Part shown: positions 35,691 to 35,957 of the stretch, in pieces
Layout of the letters: every line of letters begins with the position of its first letter
How positions within the stretch are numbered: the stretch's first letter is position 1
Source of the DNA: an uncultured Muribaculaceae bacterium
Lineage (GTDB): Bacteria; Bacillota_I; Bacilli_A; RF39; UBA660
NCBI GenBank assembly: GCA_964443805.1
Contig: CAYUEQ010000002.1
Location: 1 to 35,957 of the forward strand
Length of the DNA stretch: 35,957 bases
Direction: 5' to 3'
Program-made: the position numbers and the translations under genes
The notes under the pieces: generated by a model
What the model was told of the DNA's origin: nothing
The model's database searches: none
What the model saw: only the letters and a program-made list of their open reading frames with translations

Positions 35691-35957
35691 ATGAATGAAG
35701 AAAAAAAAGAAAATTTAGAAATAGAAAATTCTGTTAATGAAGAAAAAATATCTGATAAATTAGACGAAATGAATATAGTTGAAGAAATGGAAACATCGTT
35801 TTTAGAATATTCAATGAGTGTTATTATTTCAAGAGCATTACCAGATTTAAGAGATGGACTAAAACCAGTTCATCGAAGAATTTTATATTCAATGTATGAA
35901 TCAGGATTTACTCCTGATAAACAACATCGTAAATGTGCTAGAGCTGTTGGGGATGTT
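35691..35957 (+). CDS. gyrA: DNA gyrase subunit A, N-terminal 89 codons (continues beyond the window end)
   Basis: My translation from the ATG at 35691 gives ...[61 protein letters not shown], the canonical GyrA N-terminus. The frame is open at the window end. Confidence 0.93.
   Translation, partial: MNEEKKENLEIENSVNEEKISDKLDEMNIVEEMETSFLEYSMSVIISRALPDLRDGLKPVHRRILYSMYESGFTPDKQHRKCARAVGDV

Overview
Very AT-rich Bacillota (Firmicutes) chromosomal segment centred on the replication origin. Genes point away from about 29.2 kb on both sides, consistent with co-orientation with replication. Right arm (+ strand): oriC DnaA-box cluster, dnaA, a second DnaA-box cluster, dnaN, a ComK homolog, recF, gyrB and the start of gyrA. 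Left arm (almost all - strand), walking away from the origin: rpmH-rnpA-yidC-jag, mnmE-mnmG-rsmG, a Noc-like ParB protein, one class A PBP (+), argS-DUF1934-rpoE(delta), prfA-prmC, spoIIR, mntP-like, fba-murA and an SGNH-like ORF. This is followed by a ~430-nt ORF-free spacer that looks structured, a DUF21-like membrane protein, rpmE, ATP-grasp-rpiB-DUF1146, spoIID, spoIIQ-like, spoIIID and a degenerate actin-fold ORF. Next comes an agr-type quorum-sensing cassette, then csp, hpf and the 5' part of secA. Synteny is Bacillus-like. RNAP delta together with spoIID/IIQ/IIID/IIR suggests a spore-forming Bacilli- or Erysipelotrichia-like lineage (inference). No CRISPR array, rRNA, tRNA or obvious mobile element was seen. 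Items worth follow-up: (1) an agr cassette whose 40-codon agrD is missing from the ORF track and has Ser rather than Cys at the ring position; (2) the 430-nt spacer, a candidate RNA with GNRA- and UUCG-capped hairpins that matched no RNA class I could recall; (3) a ComK homolog in the dnaN-recF slot; (4) a Noc-like protein with a ~200-aa acidic/Q/P-rich insertion and no adjacent soj-spo0J; (5) a degenerate MreB/Mbl-like ORF at the position mbl occupies in B. subtilis; (6) hairpins that bury the spoIIID and spoIIR ribosome-binding sites. All homology calls were made by eye from the translated ORFs; no database search was run.
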